Positions 27,988 to 32,000 of a stretch of 32,000 nt of DNA are shown here, in pieces. The notes under the pieces were generated by a model that ran no database searches, had not been told where the DNA came from, and was given only the letters and a program-made list of their open reading frames with translations. Where the stretch lies: the NCBI GenBank assembly GCA_014859685.1, contig JACUTU010000001.1:179416-211415 (forward strand). The letters run 5' to 3'. The first letter of the stretch is position 1; every line of letters starts with the position of its first letter. Source of the stretch: Sulfurospirillum sp. Lineage in GTDB: Bacteria; Campylobacterota; Campylobacteria; Campylobacterales; Sulfurospirillaceae. A program made the position numbers and the translations under genes.

Positions 27988-28548
27988 ATGAGTAAAACAT
28001 ATAATTTAACAACACCATTAAGCGTTGATGATGTAACCCAACTTAAAGCAGGTGACATTGTATATCTTAGTGGTATCATCTATACAGCAAGAGATGCGGC
28101 GCATAAAAAACTTATTGATCTTTTGGATGCTGGAGAACAATTGCCTTTTGATATCGAAGGTTCTGTTATCTATTTTGTTGGACCAACTCCACCAAAACCA
28201 GGCGATCCTATCGGCAGTGCCGGCCCTACTACAAGTTATCGCATGGATTCCTATTCTCCTCGTTTGATTAATGAAAAAAAACTCCGAGGTATGATAGGAA
28301 AAGGCAAAAGAAACCAAGCCGTTATCGATGCATGTGTGCAAAGTAAAGCAATCTATTTTGGAGCAACGGGTGGCGCTGGAGCATTGCTTGCAAGACAGAT
28401 CAAAAGTGCAGAAGTAATCGCTTATCCAGAGTTAGGTCCTGAAGCGATACGCAGACTTGAAGTGGTTGATTTTCCTTTGACGGTGATTAATGATACTTAT
28501 GGACAGGATTTATATCAAATAGGAAGAGCGCAATACGAAGTAAAATAG
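27988..28548 (+). CDS. Class I fumarate hydratase / tartrate dehydratase family, beta (C-terminal-domain) subunit
   Basis: 186-aa ORF. 'LSGIIYTARDAAHKKL', 'GPTTSYRMDSY' and 'MIGKGKR' are typical of the FumA C-terminal/TtdB domain. Confidence 0.88.
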   Translation: MSKTYNLTTPLSVDDVTQLKAGDIVYLSGIIYTARDAAHKKLIDLLDAGEQLPFDIEGSVIYFVGPTPPKPGDPIGSAGPTTSYRMDSYSPRLINEKKLRGMIGKGKRNQAVIDACVQSKAIYFGATGGAGALLARQIKSAEVIAYPELGPEAIRRLEVVDFPLTVINDTYGQDLYQIGRAQYEVK

Positions 28549-28667
28549 GGTATTTTAATCTCTTTTTAAACTTAAATTAGAGAAAAGAAAAATATCTAGT
28601 TGATAAATTTAGCACTTTCGTATAAAAGAAATTATAAAGTTTTTTGATAAAAACTTGAGGAGTTTTA

Positions 28668-29840
28668 ATGAATGTACATGAGTACCAAGCAAAAGAGATT
28701 TTTGCGAAGTATGGTGTGGCAATCCCGAGAGGATTTGTTGCAAATACGCCTAAAGAGGCAGTAGAAAATGCCAAAAAATTGGGCGGCAAGATCTGGGTTG
28801 TAAAAGCACAGATACATGCGGGCGGAAGAGGTCTTGGAGGTGGTGTCAAACTTGCTAGAAGTTTGGAAGAAGTTGAACAGTTAGCGAGTGAGATTTTAGG
28901 AATGACACTAGTTACGCACCAAACAGGTCCTGAGGGTAAACTTGTTAAAAAAGTCTATATTGAAGAAGGTGTTGATATCGCTGATGAACTTTATCTAGGG
29001 GTTGTTTTAGATAGAGCTAAAGAAATGCCTGTAATTATGGCTTCAACTGAGGGTGGTATGGCAATCGAAGAAGTTGCAAGCAAAACCCCTGAAAAGATTA
29101 TCAAAGTAGCTGTTGATCCTGCTATTGGATTTCAAGGATTTCATGGTCGCGCACTTGCTTTTGGGCTTGGTCTAAAAAAAGAAGAGATGGGTAACTTTAT
29201 CAAGTTCGCATCAGCACTTTATAGTGTTTATATGGAAAATGATGCGGAACTCATCGAGATAAATCCTCTTGTAAAAACAGGCAAAGGTGATTTTATCGCC
29301 CTTGATGGTAAAATGGGATTTGATGATAGTGCTTTGTATCGACATGCTGATATTGAAGCAATGCGAGATGAAAGCGAAGAGGATGCAAGCGAACGAGAAG
29401 CAGCACAATATGGTCTTAGCTACATTAAGCTTGATGGAAGTGTTGGATGTATGGTAAATGGTGCCGGTCTTGCTATGGGAACTATGGATACTATCAACTA
29501 TGTGGGCGGTACTCCTGCTAACTTTTTAGATGTAGGTGGCAAAGCAAATGCACAAACTGTTGCAAAAGGCTTTGAAATCATTTTACAAGATCCAAATGTA
29601 AAATCCATATTTGTAAATATCTTTGGTGGTATAGTGCGATGTGATCGTATTGCAAGTGGTATCTTGGAAGCTACAAAATTAGTAGATGTAAAAGTTCCAG
29701 TTATTGTGCGACTCGATGGTACCAACGCACCAGAAGCCGCAGAAATTCTTAAAAGCGCCAATATCGCCAATGTTATCAGTGCAAGCGACCTAGAAGATGG
29801 TGCCAAAAAAGCAGTTGCAGCTGCCAAAGGAGAGCTATAA
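28668..29840 (+). CDS. sucC: Succinyl-CoA synthetase beta subunit
   Basis: '[17 protein letters not shown]' marks an ATP-grasp N-terminus, and '[15 protein letters not shown]' is present. The ORF is 390 aa. Confidence 0.95.
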   Translation: MNVHEYQAKEIFAKYGVAIPRGFVANTPKEAVENAKKLGGKIWVVKAQIHAGGRGLGGGVKLARSLEEVEQLASEILGMTLVTHQTGPEGKLVKKVYIEEGVDIADELYLGVVLDRAKEMPVIMASTEGGMAIEEVASKTPEKIIKVAVDPAIGFQGFHGRALAFGLGLKKEEMGNFIKFASALYSVYMENDAELIEINPLVKTGKGDFIALDGKMGFDDSALYRHADIEAMRDESEEDASEREAAQYGLSYIKLDGSVGCMVNGAGLAMGTMDTINYVGGTPANFLDVGGKANAQTVAKGFEIILQDPNVKSIFVNIFGGIVRCDRIASGILEATKLVDVKVPVIVRLDGTNAPEAAEILKSANIANVISASDLEDGAKKAVAAAKGEL

Positions 29841-30712
29841 TGAGTATACTTGTAAACAAAGACACAAAAGTTATAGTTCAAGGATTTACAGGAAAAGAGG
29901 GAAGCTTTCACGCAGAACAATGTTTAGCGTATGGTACGCAAATAGTTGGCGGTGTCACTCCAAATAAGGGAGGTGAAGAGCATTTGGGTAAACCTGTGTT
30001 TAATACAGTAGCACAAGCTGTTAATGCAACAAGTGCGACTGTTAGTATGATATTTGTTCCACCTGCCTTTGTTGCTGACGCCGTTATGGAAGCCGCCGAT
30101 GCTGGCATAGAATTGGCAGTTATCATAACAGAAGGTGCGCCTGTACGCGATATGCAAAAAGCAAAAGCTTATGCACAAAAAAAAGGAATGATGAGTATTG
30201 GACCAAACTGTCCTGGTATAATCACCGCTGGTGAATGCAAGATAGGCATCATGCCAGGGATGATTTTCAAAAAAGGAAGCGTTGGTTTGATCAGCAAATC
30301 AGGAACGCTCACATATGAGGGTGCAAATCAAGTTTGTCAAGAGGGATATGGTATCTCGACAGCGGTAGGTATTGGCGGTGATCCTATTATTGGTTTAAGT
30401 TACAAACAACTTTTACCAATGTTTGAAGCAGATCCACAGACAAAAGCTATCGTACTCATAGGTGAGATTGGTGGAGATTTAGAAATTCAAGCTGCTGCTT
30501 TTATCAAAGAACATATAACTAAACCAGTCGTTGCTTTTATAGCAGGTCAAAGTGCTCCAAAAGGTAAACGCATGGGACACGCTGGTGCCATTGTGAGTGG
30601 TGGAGCAGGAACTGCGGCTGAAAAGATGGCTGCACTTGAAGCTGCTGGTGTATATGTAGTAAAATCACCAGCACAAATCGGTAAAAAAATAGCAGAAGTT
30701 TTAGGAAAATAA
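29840..30712 (+). CDS. sucD: Succinyl-CoA synthetase alpha subunit
   Basis: '[19 protein letters not shown]', 'SKSGTLTYE' and the phospho-His loop '[11 protein letters not shown]' are present. TAATG start/stop overlap with sucC. Confidence 0.95.
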   Translation: MSILVNKDTKVIVQGFTGKEGSFHAEQCLAYGTQIVGGVTPNKGGEEHLGKPVFNTVAQAVNATSATVSMIFVPPAFVADAVMEAADAGIELAVIITEGAPVRDMQKAKAYAQKKGMMSIGPNCPGIITAGECKIGIMPGMIFKKGSVGLISKSGTLTYEGANQVCQEGYGISTAVGIGGDPIIGLSYKQLLPMFEADPQTKAIVLIGEIGGDLEIQAAAFIKEHITKPVVAFIAGQSAPKGKRMGHAGAIVSGGAGTAAEKMAALEAAGVYVVKSPAQIGKKIAEVLGK

Positions 30713-30763
30713 TGTCAAAATGCTCATTGAGCATCGTAATTCAAAAATTAAAGGAGAACTAGT

Positions 30764-31081
30764 ATGAGTTCTGTTGTTGCCCCGCAAAATACTTCAGTTT
30801 GGGTAAATATAGATCGTTGCAAAGGATGCGATATCTGTGTAAGCATGTGTCCTGCTGGTGTTTTAGCTATGGTTCCTGCCCCTCAATCTATTCTTGGAAC
30901 TATGATTGAGGTTGTTGAACCAAATTCATGTATAGGTTGTAGAGACTGTGAGCTACATTGTCCAGATTTTGCTATCTATGTAGCTGAGAGAAAAGAGTTT
31001 AAATTTGCAAAGATTACTGATGAAGCACAAGAACGCGCTACAAAAGTAAGAGAAAACCATTTTAGAAAATTAGGTAAATAG
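30764..31081 (+). CDS. oorD: 2-oxoglutarate:ferredoxin oxidoreductase delta subunit (2x[4Fe-4S] ferredoxin)
   Basis: 105-aa ORF with two ferredoxin motifs, 'CKGCDICVSMCP' and 'CIGCRDCELHCP'. It lies directly upstream of an OorA/KorA-like gene. Confidence 0.85.
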   Translation: MSSVVAPQNTSVWVNIDRCKGCDICVSMCPAGVLAMVPAPQSILGTMIEVVEPNSCIGCRDCELHCPDFAIYVAERKEFKFAKITDEAQERATKVRENHFRKLGK

Positions 31082-31090
31082 GGAGTTGGA

Positions 31091-32000
31091 ATGGCAAGAG
31101 AAGTGATATCAAGCGGAAATGCTCTGGTTGCAAAAGCGGCTATTGAGTGTGGCTGTGAATTTTTTGGTGGCTATCCGATCACTCCATCGAGTGAGATCGC
31201 ACATGATTTAAGTGAAATGTTACCTAAAATTGGTGGTAAGTTTATCCAAATGGAAGATGAGATAGCCGGTATTTCGGTAGCTCTAGGAGCTTCGATGAGC
31301 GGCAAAAAAGCTATGACTGCAAGTAGTGGTCCTGGAATTTCTCTCAAATCTGAGCAGATTGGTTATGCATTCATCACTGAAATCCCTTTGGTGATAGTTA
31401 ATGTTATGCGAGGAGGTCCTAGTACAGGTCTGCCAACTCGTGTTTCTCAAGCAGATATAGGACAAGCAAAGTATCCAACGCATGGAGATTTTGCTTCTAT
31501 AACACTTTGTCCTGGTAGCCTTGAGGAAGCTTATAGCGAAACTGTTAGAGCTTTTAATCTTGCTGAAAAATACATGACGCCAGTATTTTTATTGCTTGAT
31601 GAAACATTGGGTCATATGCATGGAAAAGCATTTATACCAGAGTTAGAAGAAACAAAAGCTATCGTTTATAATCGAAAAGTTTTTACAGGCGCTCCAAAAG
31701 ATTATAAGCCTTATGATGTGGGTCCAGATGAAGCGGCAATTTTGAATCCTTTCTTTCAAGGATACTACTATCATATCACAGGTTTGCACCATGGACCAAC
31801 AGGACATCCAACAGAAGATGGCGTTCAATGTGGGTACAATATCTCAAGATTGATGGATAAAATCAATACAAAAAGAGATGATATTGTTGATTTTGAAGAG
31901 TATATGCTTGATGATGCTGAAGTCTGTATTATTGCTTATGGAAGTATCAGTCGTGGTGCAAAAGAAGCTGTTGGAAAATTGCGAAAAGATGGTATAAAAG
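31091..32000 (+). CDS. oorA: 2-oxoglutarate:ferredoxin oxidoreductase alpha subunit (partial, runs off window end)
   Basis: This open frame is absent from the ORF track because it has no stop in the window. It starts at ATG 31091 (GGGAG RBS). The translation 'MAREVISSGNALVAKAAIECGCEFFGGYPITPSSEI...' is typical of the KorA/OorA N-terminus. Confidence 0.85.
   Translation, partial: MAREVISSGNALVAKAAIECGCEFFGGYPITPSSEIAHDLSEMLPKIGGKFIQMEDEIAGISVALGASMSGKKAMTASSGPGISLKSEQIGYAFITEIPLVIVNVMRGGPSTGLPTRVSQADIGQAKYPTHGDFASITLCPGSLEEAYSETVRAFNLAEKYMTPVFLLLDETLGHMHGKAFIPELEETKAIVYNRKVFTGAPKDYKPYDVGPDEAAILNPFFQGYYYHITGLHHGPTGHPTEDGVQCGYNISRLMDKINTKRDDIVDFEEYMLDDAEVCIIAYGSISRGAKEAVGKLRKDGIK

Noticed and set aside
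27514-29920. Several 90-140-aa minus-strand ORFs (27514-27828, 28577-28849, 29498-29920) with Pro/Ala/Ser-rich translations
   Set aside because: They are antisense shadows of the well-supported fumarase and sucC/sucD genes, in the locally GC-richer part of the window. They show no independent coding signal.

Overview
This window looks like an AT-rich chromosomal housekeeping region. Gene content suggests a Campylobacterota (epsilonproteobacterium-like) genome: oorD/oorA, monomeric icd, a very long FlgL behind a sigma-54 promoter, and SUF genes. This taxonomic call is inference only.

Gene order, left to right:
- On the minus strand, an operon of a Cys-depleted SdhB-like gene, a Cys-depleted LutA/HdrB-like gene and a family-4 uracil-DNA glycosylase.
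- thiL, truD, then sufB-sufC-sufD-sufS-sufE and a DUF59/SufT-like gene.
- RNase P RNA (rnpB) and a SAM methyltransferase.
- A decayed Cache-PAS-GGDEF-EAL signalling gene, with an in-frame TAG and a truncated EAL domain.
- An NsrR-like Rrf2 regulator plus a quinol-type NO reductase, ending at tRNA-Leu(CAA).
- hup, flgL, ftsK, a YhdP/AsmA-like gene and mltG.
- A TCA block: monomeric icd, two-subunit class I fumarase, sucCD, oorD and partial oorA.

I found no integrase, transposase, phage gene, CRISPR array or recognisable defence system.

The most unusual signal is not a gene. The word TTACATGTA(R), with palindromic core TACATGTA, recurs about 15-25 times. It occurs in unrelated genes, mostly read as His-Val. 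It also occurs in rnpB, at a hairpin apex after norB, and twice around the ftsK promoter. Its flanks are strand-asymmetric.

Secondary observations:
- ftsK lacks a canonical start codon.
- The Fe-S-less SdhB/LutA-like pair has no flavoprotein partner.
- The nonsense-interrupted, truncated c-di-GMP gene abuts the nsrR-norB cassette next to the tRNA.

All counts were made by eye and need computational confirmation.
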